Notes: generated from the letters alone by a model not told the origin. Positions 32,464-42,723 are shown, numbered from the stretch's first letter. The stretch: DNA of 64,000 nucleotides from Ignavibacteriales bacterium (GCA_037441705.1 JBBIRR010000003.1:32831-96830), one strand, 5' to 3'. Numbers and translations are program-made.

Positions 32464-33474
32464 TTAGTTGGGGGATTTCATACGGAGCGATTCCGGCTGA
32501 ACCTTGTAACGTTCGATGCAGGTCAGCAGAGCAGAACGGAGACGCTCGGCGTCGATATGCTGCGCCCGCGCGGGGTCCTTGCGCTTCCAGTTCTCGATGC
32601 GCTCCTGCGTCAAACCAAGATCCATCAAACGCCGGGCGTTTTCGTGCCTGCCGACAGCGGCAAGAGACATCACCTGTTCCATAAAGTGGGTGAGGGAAAG
32701 ATCTGCCGCAAGAGAATCGAGACTGACGGGCAGTGCAAAACGGTGTGGGTATAAGTCGGAGTGATGCTTGTACACTTTCTCCTTCACGTCCCAGGTGTAC
32801 AGCAGCGTGACCCGCGGGAAATCGTCGGGGCGAAACGCCGGATCCCCCTCGAAGAAATCATCAACAGCCAGACACTCGGGATAGGGAGTTTTGTCGATGT
32901 TATCTGTCACGACCGGTTCCAGGGGCACGCCTTGTGGAGCGCCGCGACGATACCGTTGTGGAACGTTGCCCGCAACGAGCACCGAGCGAAGCCGTTCCTC
33001 TTTCGTCACTTCATAGATCGAAAGCGAATAACAGAGCAGCGGCACGAGCATACCTTCGGGCGGCTTGCATGCACCGCTGATGACGAATTTCGTGGTACCC
33101 GAACCGTCAAAATCCGCGGCAAGAGCAAATGAGATACTGGCCTTATCCAGAAACACGGAGTCCTTGACGGCAACGGTCGAATCATTCACCACTCTGTAGA
33201 GCCGCACTTGCGGCAGACGTTTGCCGCAGGGTGCGGCTGATAGGCCCGTCGAACCCTTTGGCGCGATCGCCTCGCGGTCGACAAACGCTGCTAACACATA
33301 GCTCCGCCCGTTCTGTTTGATGATGCGGTAGTCCTTGAAATAGTAGCAGTCCTTCGCCATCCGATACGTTTCGTCGAGCAGAACGGTGGGAGCCTGCGGC
33401 GCGCGACTCTGCGAACGAACAGACGGAGCGACAATACATGCTGCGAACAGCAACATCATACAAAAAGAACGCAT
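32464..33474 (-). CDS. Hypothetical secreted protein
   Basis: Start chosen at the internal Met with the signal peptide MRSFCMMLLFAACIVAPSVRSQS. The track ORF extends 89 codons further upstream and overlaps the next gene. No recognisable domain. Confidence 0.5.
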   Translation of the reverse strand: MRSFCMMLLFAACIVAPSVRSQSRAPQAPTVLLDETYRMAKDCYYFKDYRIIKQNGRSYVLAAFVDREAIAPKGSTGLSAAPCGKRLPQVRLYRVVNDSTVAVKDSVFLDKASISFALAADFDGSGTTKFVISGACKPPEGMLVPLLCYSLSIYEVTKEERLRSVLVAGNVPQRYRRGAPQGVPLEPVVTDNIDKTPYPECLAVDDFFEGDPAFRPDDFPRVTLLYTWDVKEKVYKHHSDLYPHRFALPVSLDSLAADLSLTHFMEQVMSLAAVGRHENARRLMDLGLTQERIENWKRKDPARAQHIDAERLRSALLTCIERYKVQPESLRMKSPN

Positions 33475-33664
33475 GGGCAAACCCTCATGTTCATTTTTGA
33501 TCATAAGGAAAAAGCATGATACCTGCCGTGAAGGCTTAGTATCAACATACAAAACCATCGAGGGGAAAACAATAATCGCCGCGGATGTGGTGCAGGGAAG
33601 AGATAACTGATGGCGACGGAACACGGATGACGACCGCTGCGCCATCCGTGTCCGCGGCGCGCTG

Positions 33665-34642
33665 CTACTGCTGGCGAGGCGTAAACTTCTCCACGCGGTT
33701 TCGGACGGCAGGAATCGTGCGCAGGTATTGATAGATTGCACCGAGGTCTTCGTCGGTCATCCCCGCGTACATCGTCCACGGCATAGGCGTATTGAAGTCC
33801 GCCGGGGTAAGTGTCGCCTGCATCGTTTCAGGAGCAAGGTACGACCGGAAGCGCGCGAGGAAATCGTCCCTGGTCCACAACCCGATTCCCGTCTCCTGGT
33901 CGGGCGTGATGTTCAAGGCACGGACGGTGCCGGCCGGAAGCAGGAACGGATTTCCTCCGGCGAGCATCATGCCGGCGATATCCTGCCCCCGGTCATCGCG
34001 CGGCGTATGACAGCCCTCGCAAGCGGCAATTGTCGTTAGGTACTTTCCGTATTCCACCGGATCGTTCTTGTGCGGCTCCGATGACGGGTTGAAAGATTTC
34101 GGCGGGATGGTGTTGACAATGAAGTTGAGCGGAAAATTCAGGGACGATGCCTTCACCGCGTTCTCAATCGGGGTGAGGGATTTGATATACGCAACGATCG
34201 CGTAAGCATCCTCCTGCGTCAGCCTGTTGTACATCGGATACGGCATGAGTGGAAACATTGCGCTGCCGTCGCGCTTGACACCGACCGTGAACGCCCGCAG
34301 CAACTCGCCGTCCGTGTATTCTCCGATGGCCGCGGGAGTGATGTTCGACGACACGAGCATGCCGACGGCTTCGGCGAACTCCTGTCCGCCCTTGCCCTCC
34401 GTGCCGGCGACGATAGGGCCTGAGAACTTCGTCCAATCCCTTGTGGAATGACAGTCAATGCACACCGTAACGTGATGCGCCAGGTATTTGCCGCGCGCAA
34501 GGCGTTCCGGCGTCCGCTCGACCGTTATCGTCGGCGCCGGGTCGACATCCGGATACTTGAAATTGAAATACGTGAGGAACACGACTGCGGTCAGGACAAC
34601 AGCACCCACAATCCCGCCAAGGATTTTGAGAACCTTCCTCAT
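33665..34642 (-). CDS. Membrane-anchored diheme c-type cytochrome
   Basis: N-terminal TM helix and two CXXCH motifs (CIDCH and CEGCH), each in a ~120-aa cytochrome c-like half. Confidence 0.7.
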   Translation of the reverse strand: MRKVLKILGGIVGAVVLTAVVFLTYFNFKYPDVDPAPTITVERTPERLARGKYLAHHVTVCIDCHSTRDWTKFSGPIVAGTEGKGGQEFAEAVGMLVSSNITPAAIGEYTDGELLRAFTVGVKRDGSAMFPLMPYPMYNRLTQEDAYAIVAYIKSLTPIENAVKASSLNFPLNFIVNTIPPKSFNPSSEPHKNDPVEYGKYLTTIAACEGCHTPRDDRGQDIAGMMLAGGNPFLLPAGTVRALNITPDQETGIGLWTRDDFLARFRSYLAPETMQATLTPADFNTPMPWTMYAGMTDEDLGAIYQYLRTIPAVRNRVEKFTPRQQ

Positions 34643-34920
34643 TGTTATCCCTTTCTGTTTGTTGGTGATGAGTGGACGGTTACGGATGTCGTACCGGGAA
34701 GTCTATGAGAAAGAACTGGGCGCTTCATGATAGTCAATGGCCAAAAGAGAGTCAACATCGCTGACGTGTATGAGTGCCCACCATCCACGCTGTGCTGAGC
34801 TTGTGGGCGCGAACGGATCCACGCGTTTTCTTGATATTCACTCGCCATTTACGTACCATAAAAGGCCAACAACCATCACACAACCCGTCTCTTTTCAAAA
34901 ACTACGGAGTCTACGTCGTT

Positions 34921-37287
34921 ATGCATGTCCTGAAAACGCTCGCGTCCAAACGACCGCTGGACGTTATGAGCTGCGCTCTTGTATGCTTTGCGGTCCTGTC
35001 GGGCTGTTCTGCCAAACAAGGAGAACTTGTGGTTGCTACCGTTGGCAAGAATGCCATCACCTTGAAGGAATATGAAGACCTCTACCTCAAGAGTACCGGA
35101 AGCCGTGAGCAGGCGGCGGCGACAACGCAGGAAGAGCGTGAGAAATTTCTCGACTTGCTCACGAAATTCAAATTGAAGCTGAGCGATGCATACGATCAGA
35201 AACTGGATCAACGACCCGAGATCAGGAACGAGATCGAACAATACAAGGGAAGCCTCGTGGCTTCTTTCCTGACCGAGCGCGAGGTGAATGCGCCGGGCGT
35301 GAAGAGGATGTACGACAGCCGCAGGATGGAAGTGAGGGCGAGCCACATCCTGTTGAATCTTTCCTCCAACCCCTCACCCGAAGACTCCCAAAAAACATAC
35401 GCGCTTGCGTATGAGTTGATTGATAAATTGCGCGCGGGCGCATCGTTCGAGTCGCTTGCCGTGGCGCATTCCAACGACCCGTCCGTTTCGCAGAACAAAG
35501 GCGATCTGTACTACTTCACCGGCGGCCAGATGGTGCCGGAGTTCGAAGAGGCCGCCTTCGCCATGAAGCCGGGGGAGATTTCCTCGAAGCCCGTCCGAAC
35601 ATCCTACGGGCTGCACATCATCAAACTGGTGGATCGAAGACCGTCGCCGGGTGAAATCAAATGCAGCCACATTATGATCCGCTTCGACAAGCAGGATCCC
35701 ACCCCGGAAGACACCCTTGCTGCCTACGAGAAGATAAAAGCCATTCAGGATAGTTTGCGTCAGGGCGTGGACTTTGCGGAGCTGGCCATCCGCAACTCGC
35801 AGGACCCCGGCTCGGCCCCTCGCGGCGGCGACCTCGGATGGTTCTCGCGTCGGCGATGGATTCAATCGTTCGACGAGGTTGCGTTTACCCTCAAGCCCGG
35901 GCAGGTCTCGAACATTGTTCGCACCATCTACGGCTATCATCTCATCAAGTGCTACGATGCTCGGCCGATGAAGTCGTTCGAGGAAGCTCGCAAAGACATG
36001 CAGCAGCTCTTTCAGCAGACGCGCTTTCAGGCCGAATACAACAAATTCCTCGATCGCATCAAGAAACAGGTGCAGTACAGCCGCAACGACAGCATCCTGA
36101 ACATCCTCGCCGTTTCGTTCGACTCGACCAAGACGACGCGCGATAGCGGATGGACGGCGATGGCGCCGAAGGAGCTTGCGGCCCAGCCGGTATTCCGATT
36201 TGGTCAGCGCACGATTTCGGCCGACAGCATGCTGAAGCTGGCCGCGGCCCGTCCCGACATGGGCAGCATGCCGCTGACCTCCAACTCCATCCGCATGATG
36301 GCTGACAAGGTCGGCGAGCAGTTGATCTTTCAGGTGCGCGGTGAGACGATCGAGAAGGATTACCCGGAGTTTGCCGCCATCATGAAGGAGTACGTTGACG
36401 GTATTCTTCTCTATCAAATCGAACAGGAGCAGGTGTGGGGGAGAGTGACGGTGAACGACTCGTTGCTGCAAGCGTACTTCCAGGCCAACCGCGAGAAGTT
36501 CATGTGGCCCGACCGCGTCGACTTCACCTCGGCGCAGGCCGCCAACGATTCGCTTGCCCGTCTCATTTCGGAGAAGATCAAGAACGGAAAGAGCATAGAG
36601 GAGGTCTTTGCAGAAGACTCCGCTCGCACGAGAGTACCGTCGCGGTATCAGATCGCGTTTGCGAAAAATTCCGCAGTCTTGAGCACAGCCGCCCGCGCGG
36701 CACTGGCTTCGCTCGCGCGCGAGCTGAAGAGCGATCCCGCCTGGAGTGTCGTGTTCACGCTTCAGTACGACACGACCACGCGCAAAGCCGCAAACGAACG
36801 CCTGGCACAGAAGCGGCGCGATGCCGTGAAGACAGCCCTGACAGGTTCGCACAAAATTGCCGAGAGCAGACTCACGTTCACGCTGCGTGGAGTGGGGCGT
36901 GATACGACCAAGGCGAAAGAGCTGGATGCGCTCTTCAATCGCGCGGATGCCGAGATCACGGGCAAGCGTCCGTGGTTTGTGGGCGCAATCGAGCACGGCA
37001 TTCAGCCCGTAACGGCCGACGAACGGACGGCAAAAGCCGATTCGCTGCAGGTGGGCCAGTACTCCGCCCCGTTCTCGTATCGCGGCTACCCGACGATCGT
37101 CCGGCTGAACAAGCGTGATCCTCTGCGCGAGAAGACGTACGAAGAAGCCGGCACAGAAGTCTCAAGCTCCTATCAAGAATACGAATCGAAGCGACTGGAG
37201 AACGAATGGCTGAATGCCTTGCAAGCGAAGTATCCGGTTGCCGTGTTCAAAGAACGATTGAAGTACGCATTTGCGCCTGTACAGTAG
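34921..37287 (+). CDS. Peptidyl-prolyl cis-trans isomerase, SurA/PpiC family lipoprotein, with two parvulin domains and a long C-terminal extension
   Basis: Lipoprotein signal (LSGCS). SurA-N-like region. Two parvulin domains (ASHILLNL...GDLYYFTGGQMVPEFEEAAF...YGLHIIKL and CSHIMIRF...GDLGWFSRRRWIQSFDEVAF...YGYHLIKC). Start chosen at the internal Met MHVLKT, whereas the track ORF starts at 34774. Confidence 0.7.
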   Translation: MHVLKTLASKRPLDVMSCALVCFAVLSGCSAKQGELVVATVGKNAITLKEYEDLYLKSTGSREQAAATTQEEREKFLDLLTKFKLKLSDAYDQKLDQRPEIRNEIEQYKGSLVASFLTEREVNAPGVKRMYDSRRMEVRASHILLNLSSNPSPEDSQKTYALAYELIDKLRAGASFESLAVAHSNDPSVSQNKGDLYYFTGGQMVPEFEEAAFAMKPGEISSKPVRTSYGLHIIKLVDRRPSPGEIKCSHIMIRFDKQDPTPEDTLAAYEKIKAIQDSLRQGVDFAELAIRNSQDPGSAPRGGDLGWFSRRRWIQSFDEVAFTLKPGQVSNIVRTIYGYHLIKCYDARPMKSFEEARKDMQQLFQQTRFQAEYNKFLDRIKKQVQYSRNDSILNILAVSFDSTKTTRDSGWTAMAPKELAAQPVFRFGQRTISADSMLKLAAARPDMGSMPLTSNSIRMMADKVGEQLIFQVRGETIEKDYPEFAAIMKEYVDGILLYQIEQEQVWGRVTVNDSLLQAYFQANREKFMWPDRVDFTSAQAANDSLARLISEKIKNGKSIEEVFAEDSARTRVPSRYQIAFAKNSAVLSTAARAALASLARELKSDPAWSVVFTLQYDTTTRKAANERLAQKRRDAVKTALTGSHKIAESRLTFTLRGVGRDTTKAKELDALFNRADAEITGKRPWFVGAIEHGIQPVTADERTAKADSLQVGQYSAPFSYRGYPTIVRLNKRDPLREKTYEEAGTEVSSSYQEYESKRLENEWLNALQAKYPVAVFKERLKYAFAPVQ

Positions 37288-38116
37288 GATTGTCAGTCTG
37301 GTGGCAGGGGGGATGGTGGCGTGGGCCGGCTGCGCGCGCGAGACGTCCGAGAAGAAGTACGTGGCGCGGGTGGACGACGCCGTGCTGACAACCGAACAGG
37401 TGCACGAACACACCGGCGGCGATACCCTCAGCCCCGCAAGCGAATACGTTGCCGCGTGGGTCATGTCGGAGCTGCTCTATCAGGAAGCGAAACGGCGCGG
37501 GCTGCTCGAGGCCGATGAAGTCGTAAAACAGGTTGACGATGCCCGCCGGCAGTTTGCGGTCAATGCCCTCCTGGAGCGTGAGGTCTTCAGCGCCGATACA
37601 ACAACGTTGAAGACCGACGTTTTGATGCGCGAGTTCGAGGAACAGCGAGACCAGTATCGCTTGCGCGAGGATGTCGTCAACATCAGCTACGCGATGTTCG
37701 GCGAGCGGGACGCGGCGAACGCGTTCCGCTCGAAGCTCCTGCGCGGGATGGCCTGGCAGGATGCTCTCGACTCGGTCAAAGCCGAGATGCCCGAAGCTCT
37801 GCTGCGCAGCGCGCGGCACGCCTATTTCACGCAGGGGAGTCTCTATCCCGAAGAACTCTGGAAGGCCACGCGTGTGTTACGAAAAGAGGATGTGTCGTAC
37901 GCCATCCGCTCGGAAGCAGGCTACGGGGTCATGATCGTGCACTCGACAAAAGCACAGGGCGAGATTCCGGATTTTGAATATGTTCAAGAAGAGGTTCGCA
38001 GCCGGGTGCTTCTTCGCATGCGGCGCGAGAAGTACAATGCCCTGCTTTCTCGTCTCCGCACGCAACACAAAGTTGAGGTGGCACTTCCTTCATCCGACGA
38101 GCAGCGGCAGGAGTGA
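37271..38116 (+). CDS. SurA N-terminal-domain-like periplasmic chaperone lipoprotein (no parvulin domain)
   Basis: Lipobox AWAGC after a hydrophobic N-terminus. Helical chaperone-like region resembling SurA/PpiD N-domains. TTG start overlaps the upstream gene by 17 nt. Confidence 0.5.
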   Translation: MRLYSRIVSLVAGGMVAWAGCARETSEKKYVARVDDAVLTTEQVHEHTGGDTLSPASEYVAAWVMSELLYQEAKRRGLLEADEVVKQVDDARRQFAVNALLEREVFSADTTTLKTDVLMREFEEQRDQYRLREDVVNISYAMFGERDAANAFRSKLLRGMAWQDALDSVKAEMPEALLRSARHAYFTQGSLYPEELWKATRVLRKEDVSYAIRSEAGYGVMIVHSTKAQGEIPDFEYVQEEVRSRVLLRMRREKYNALLSRLRTQHKVEVALPSSDEQRQE

Positions 38117-38186
38117 ACTCGTGCGAACAGATCGTAAGACCCATCGGCTTTCAGCAGATGCACAAGTGGAGGTTCAATAAGGCGAA

Positions 38187-39473
38187 ATGAGGAGAACGAT
38201 GAGAATCGGTTTGGTGAGCGCCCTCGCGGCAGGAGTGTGGATGATTGCCGGAGCGCAGATCCTTGATCGCGTTGTCGCCGTCGTCGGCGATGAGATGATC
38301 CTGCAATCGCAGCTGGAGCAGCAGATCCAGTTTTTCGTGCTCAACAACAAGCTCGATCCGAACACCCCCGGTCTGCGCGAGCAAGTGCTGCAATCCATGA
38401 TCAACGAAAAACTGATCGTTGCCAAAGCGATCGAGGATAGTGTCGTCGTCTCGGAAGAGGAAGTGACGCAGCAACTGGAAGCCGTCATACGCGAGCGCGT
38501 GCAGGCGGTCGGGTCGGAGGAACGCCTCGAACAGTATTACGGCATGCCCATTTCGCGGATCAAGCGGGAGTTTCGGGACGAGATGCGCAACAGCCTGCTG
38601 GCGCAAAAGCTGCAGCAGCAGCGCTTCGGTGCCGCGCATATCGGACGATTGGAGGTGGAGGAGTTTTACCGAACGTACAAAGACAGCCTCGGCGACGTAC
38701 CGGAGGAAGTGGAGCTTGCCCACATTCTTGTGAAGCCGAAGTTCGACGAGATGGCGAAGGCCGAAGCGCGCAAGAAGATGCAAGCGCTTCTCGACAGCCT
38801 CAAGGCAGGCGTGCCGTTTGAGGACCTCGCCCGGCGACACTCGCAGGACCCCGGCTCTGCTCCGCAGGGTGGCGACCTCGGGCTGGTGCGACGCGGATTG
38901 TTCGTGAAAGAATTTGAGAGCGCCGTCTTTGGCCTGAAGGAAGGTCAGGTCTCCGACATCGTGGAGACGGAATTCGGCATGCATATCATCCAGCTATTAG
39001 AACGGCGCGGCGACGCAGTGCACCCACGGCACATCCTGCTGCGCATCGACCGCACACAGGCAAGCGACGATTCTGCCATAGCATTCCTTCGATCGCTGCG
39101 GCAGCGGATTCTGGCCGGCGAAAGCTTCGCCGATGCAGCGAAGAAATATTCCGAAGACCCTGAGACCGCCAACATCGGAGGCAACGTCGGCGTCGTGGAG
39201 CTAAGCCAGCTCCAGCAGTTCGACAAAACGTACTACGAGACCGTGATGGCCATGAAACCGGGCGAGATCAGCGAACCGGTGAAAGTCACCGTGGGCTCAC
39301 AATACGCCTACCACATCATCTGGCTCAAGAGCCGTACGCCTGCGCACAAACCCGCATTGGAGCAGGACTACCGCCGCATCGAGAATATCGCGCTCAACTT
39401 CAAACGCCAGAAAGAGTATGCGGCGTGGATTGAAGAGTTGAAGAAAGACATCTACTGGGAATCGCGGTTGTAA
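38187..39473 (+). CDS. surA: Periplasmic chaperone/peptidyl-prolyl isomerase SurA-like (two parvulin domains)
   Basis: Signal peptide, SurA N-domain, and two parvulin domains (AHILVKP...GDLGLVRRGLFVKEFESAVF...FGMHIIQL; RHILLRI...GNVGVVELSQLQQ...YAYHIIWL). 428 aa, matching SurA architecture. Confidence 0.75.
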   Translation: MRRTMRIGLVSALAAGVWMIAGAQILDRVVAVVGDEMILQSQLEQQIQFFVLNNKLDPNTPGLREQVLQSMINEKLIVAKAIEDSVVVSEEEVTQQLEAVIRERVQAVGSEERLEQYYGMPISRIKREFRDEMRNSLLAQKLQQQRFGAAHIGRLEVEEFYRTYKDSLGDVPEEVELAHILVKPKFDEMAKAEARKKMQALLDSLKAGVPFEDLARRHSQDPGSAPQGGDLGLVRRGLFVKEFESAVFGLKEGQVSDIVETEFGMHIIQLLERRGDAVHPRHILLRIDRTQASDDSAIAFLRSLRQRILAGESFADAAKKYSEDPETANIGGNVGVVELSQLQQFDKTYYETVMAMKPGEISEPVKVTVGSQYAYHIIWLKSRTPAHKPALEQDYRRIENIALNFKRQKEYAAWIEELKKDIYWESRL

Positions 39474-39546
39474 CACAGCGCGTGAGACGCGAACGCAGAT
39501 CCGCTCGAAGCGTGCTGCCTCACGCGCATATGGGAACGGCTCCGCG

Positions 39547-42500
39547 CTACCTTCCGAACCACCCCTTCAGGTCTTGATACCGTTCCGTCAGCCACGTGAG
39601 CGCGGGGTGACCGAAGAGCGTATCCACGCCGAGCGCCGCGAGAGTCAACAGCGCCGCAACAATCAGAACAAGCACGGCGCGAAGCAGCGTGTTCTTGCCG
39701 CGCATGTAGTCGCCCAACAACCGCACGACGAGATGCACGCCGATCGTAATCCCTACCAGCGTCAGCGCTAACTGCTGCATCGGGCTGATGGTGAGTACCG
39801 TGGCAAAGACGAGCAGCAACGCTTCAAAGGTGTAGAGAACTTTGAGCCAATGTTTGAAGATGAGATTGAGGAGACTGCCCGGGGAAGCGACGATTACGAG
39901 ACTCCAGAAGATTTGACCGATCCGCGCAATCCACGCCACCGACGTCTTGTTCATGCTGCGCTTCTCAGCCATTCCCTCCAGCATCTTGCCGATGATCCGT
40001 GTTGATCGTGAGATGATCGTCAGCATTGCCTCGGGGTCAGGCGCGCGGCGCACCGTGTAGCCCGTGCGGAAATATTCGAGCAACTGTTCCTTCGTGAGCA
40101 GATAGCGGAACACGGACTGCATCTTTGTGTTGAGCGAGGAGCCGTATGCCTCTTCCAGCATTTCACGCAGCGCGGAGTCGCTCAAGCGCTTGGCGGGAGC
40201 TGTGCGTGCGAGAATCTCCGTCAGCACGGTCCAGATTTCCTGACGATCCTCCGGCTGCAAGTCCTCTTCGAGGATAGCCGCGTGCGCTTCGGCAATTAAC
40301 TGCTTGCGTTGTTCGGCAAGCTCCTCTCCCGGCAGCATTGCCGCAATGATGCGTTCCGCGCCATCGAGTCTGCCCCAGAGGATGTCGTTCTTACGCCAGA
40401 GCGTGTCGAGGAAGGCTCCGAAGTTCGCCAGCGCCGTTCCGGCAAGCTTGCTGCGGCCGTCGGGACGCCGCCGCTCGGCGCGCTCGTCAATCAGGCTCCG
40501 CGCATCTTCGGGACTGATGCGGATGACCTCGACGGTATCCAGCTCGCCGGCGCCGGTGTTGTACAGCGCGGGAAACGTAATCAGGTCGTAGTCGTCGTAG
40601 TACTGATAGTAGTGCCAGAGGCATTCTTTCGCGATCCGTTCCGGTGTCTCCTTTTCACCCCTTGCCGGTTTGAGCGTCTCGACGCTCAGGCGCGAGGCCT
40701 CGCTGGTTGCTTTGAGAATGTACTCGGCAAGTTTTGCCGCGAGAATCTTCAGTCGTTGTTCCACGACGGGGTCGTCAACGATTGCTCGCGCTTGCGGCAT
40801 CCGCTCAAGCTCGCTCCGTTTCAGAATACTCTCCAGGCGTTCGGCAGAAATACCTATTGCCGTGACGTACTCGTGCATGGGGTTTTTGTTGATACGAGCA
40901 TGAAGGGCTTGCTGCGCCGCGTTGAGTATGGAAAACGCCTCGTTGAGTCGTGAACGCATAAGGACCAGCTGCCTGCGGAATGCCTCGGCCTCCTTCCCAT
41001 TCAGATTGAAACTGATGCCGATGCTCTTGAGCAGGCCTTCCGCCTCCGGGCCGCCGCCGTAGAGAACATCCGACTTCCCTTGAACAAACACCGTGCGCCG
41101 AATTCTGTAGCCAAGATCAAAGTCTAACAGAAAGCGATTCTCGGTAAGCTGCTCCTCTTTCGGCTTGTTCTTCGCGTAGTAGACGGTGTAGTGCTTGCTG
41201 CGCCAGGCGCGGATGAGATAGCGGATGGCAAGCAGATGGTCGGAGTTCTCATCAAGACCGGCCGCGCGCACGATCAGCTCGGCAAGCTCGTCAGTCACCG
41301 CGCCCACCTTCAGGCGCTGGTACCCGCCGTAGCCGATGCCTTTCTGACGAATCATCTCCTTCAAATCCTGATTCGCCCAGTCCAGTCCCTTCTTCGGCTC
41401 TATGCGCGCCCCTTTCACCGCATTCACATCATCCTCGATGCCGCGCGTGATGCGCATGATGCGTTCCACCATTGCGTTGCGCTGCAGAACACGCTGCAAA
41501 TCCTCGCGGATTGTTTCGTAGCGCGGCAGCGTCAGCACGGCCGCCTGCACATTCTCCAGGGCGTCGGGCTTAGCTGATGTTTCGGGAATTTCCTCCGGAT
41601 GCTGCGGCGCCGGCTCGATGTAGATCAGCTTGCGATCGATGGGAAGATTTGCCTGCCTCCCGACGAGCGCATCAATGGCGTAGCTGAAGGGCTTGTTGTC
41701 GAGATAGCCGCCGTCGCCGAAGAAGCGATTCGGGAACGGAATACTCGCGCCGGTTTGCACCGCACGGTAGTTCTCGATGAATCGTTCCCATAACGGACTG
41801 CCGGACGTGAGATCCGTCTTGCTGTAAGGCTCAATGCGGCGGACGAAGTCGTCGATATCGCTCAGGCGCATTGGTTCGAAGGCGAACGGAAAGGACGACG
41901 TGCAGCGCGCGGCAAAGGCGAGGAAAGGATTGAACTCACGCGCAAAGTCGTTGCGGAGATAAACCGTCTGCGTTCCTGTGGAGGCAGCAAAGTCGGTGCG
42001 CGACGGCTCGCCGTGCGGCGTCGCGTAGTAGCGGAAGTGAAACACATTCTTGTGGCGGCGTTCGTAGACGATGTCGTCGGCCAGACGCAGCGGCACCGTC
42101 ACGCCCTGGATGTCCGTTGCGGTCACGAACAGATCCACCTCATCGCCGAACGGCGAGCGTTCGCTCGCTCCCGCGGCTTCCATCCCATCGAATGCCTTCA
42201 ACAGTTTCAGGTACATGCGTTTGCTGTTGAGCAGGGACGTTGGCGGGTCTTGTAGTGAAAGAAGGGATTCCTTCTTCACCGAATGCTTATCGTTCAGCAG
42301 CAAGCCGATATCGCCCTCCTCCACCCACAAACGTTTGAGATCGTCAAGAGGCTGGTTGTTGGCGAGCGCTTTGGCGAGAAAGATGGCATTGATGCCGCCG
42401 GCGGAGGTTCCCGAAAGCACATCAATGACGAAGCGCGTGCGGATAGGGTCGGATTCTCCCACCTCTTGCAGCGGCCGATGGCCCGTGAGCATCTGTCCCA

Positions 42501-42723
42501 ACTTGCGGTAGACTCGCTCGGTGCCCGTCAGCTCCGCGTTGAGCAGGAGAGGCTGATCGGGACTGTCGGGATTGGCAGGGGCGGTCGCACGCACCAGACG
42601 ATACAACTCCTGCGCAATGCCGTTGATGTAGATGGCCAGCGAGACGCCGCCGTACATCACGATGGCGAGTCGAACTTCCTGAGTGAATCGGCATTGCGGC
42701 GTGACAGTCGACGCGGCACTCAT
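39547..42723 (-). CDS. Large patatin-like phospholipase (1058 aa) with a DUF3376-like C-region and C-terminal TM helices
   Basis: N-terminal patatin domain with the oxyanion G-G-x-S motif (MYGGVSLAIYINGIAQEL), the GTSAG nucleophile (GXSXG) and the catalytic Asp in FFGDGGYLDNKPF (DGG). It is followed by ~650 aa of helical sequence ending in 3-4 predicted TM helices. Confidence 0.8.
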   Translation of the reverse strand: MSAASTVTPQCRFTQEVRLAIVMYGGVSLAIYINGIAQELYRLVRATAPANPDSPDQPLLLNAELTGTERVYRKLGQMLTGHRPLQEVGESDPIRTRFVIDVLSGTSAGGINAIFLAKALANNQPLDDLKRLWVEEGDIGLLLNDKHSVKKESLLSLQDPPTSLLNSKRMYLKLLKAFDGMEAAGASERSPFGDEVDLFVTATDIQGVTVPLRLADDIVYERRHKNVFHFRYYATPHGEPSRTDFAASTGTQTVYLRNDFAREFNPFLAFAARCTSSFPFAFEPMRLSDIDDFVRRIEPYSKTDLTSGSPLWERFIENYRAVQTGASIPFPNRFFGDGGYLDNKPFSYAIDALVGRQANLPIDRKLIYIEPAPQHPEEIPETSAKPDALENVQAAVLTLPRYETIREDLQRVLQRNAMVERIMRITRGIEDDVNAVKGARIEPKKGLDWANQDLKEMIRQKGIGYGGYQRLKVGAVTDELAELIVRAAGLDENSDHLLAIRYLIRAWRSKHYTVYYAKNKPKEEQLTENRFLLDFDLGYRIRRTVFVQGKSDVLYGGGPEAEGLLKSIGISFNLNGKEAEAFRRQLVLMRSRLNEAFSILNAAQQALHARINKNPMHEYVTAIGISAERLESILKRSELERMPQARAIVDDPVVEQRLKILAAKLAEYILKATSEASRLSVETLKPARGEKETPERIAKECLWHYYQYYDDYDLITFPALYNTGAGELDTVEVIRISPEDARSLIDERAERRRPDGRSKLAGTALANFGAFLDTLWRKNDILWGRLDGAERIIAAMLPGEELAEQRKQLIAEAHAAILEEDLQPEDRQEIWTVLTEILARTAPAKRLSDSALREMLEEAYGSSLNTKMQSVFRYLLTKEQLLEYFRTGYTVRRAPDPEAMLTIISRSTRIIGKMLEGMAEKRSMNKTSVAWIARIGQIFWSLVIVASPGSLLNLIFKHWLKVLYTFEALLLVFATVLTISPMQQLALTLVGITIGVHLVVRLLGDYMRGKNTLLRAVLVLIVAALLTLAALGVDTLFGHPALTWLTERYQDLKGWFGR

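Noticed and set aside
34774-34920. Upstream extensions of the track ORFs for the PPIase (34774), dnaN (20250), the LamG protein (55979), GT4 (57541) and Wzx (52380)
   Set aside because: Internal Met/GTG starts give proper signal peptides, an RBS, or conserved N-termini, and remove overlaps with upstream genes. The longer forms are ORF-caller artefacts.
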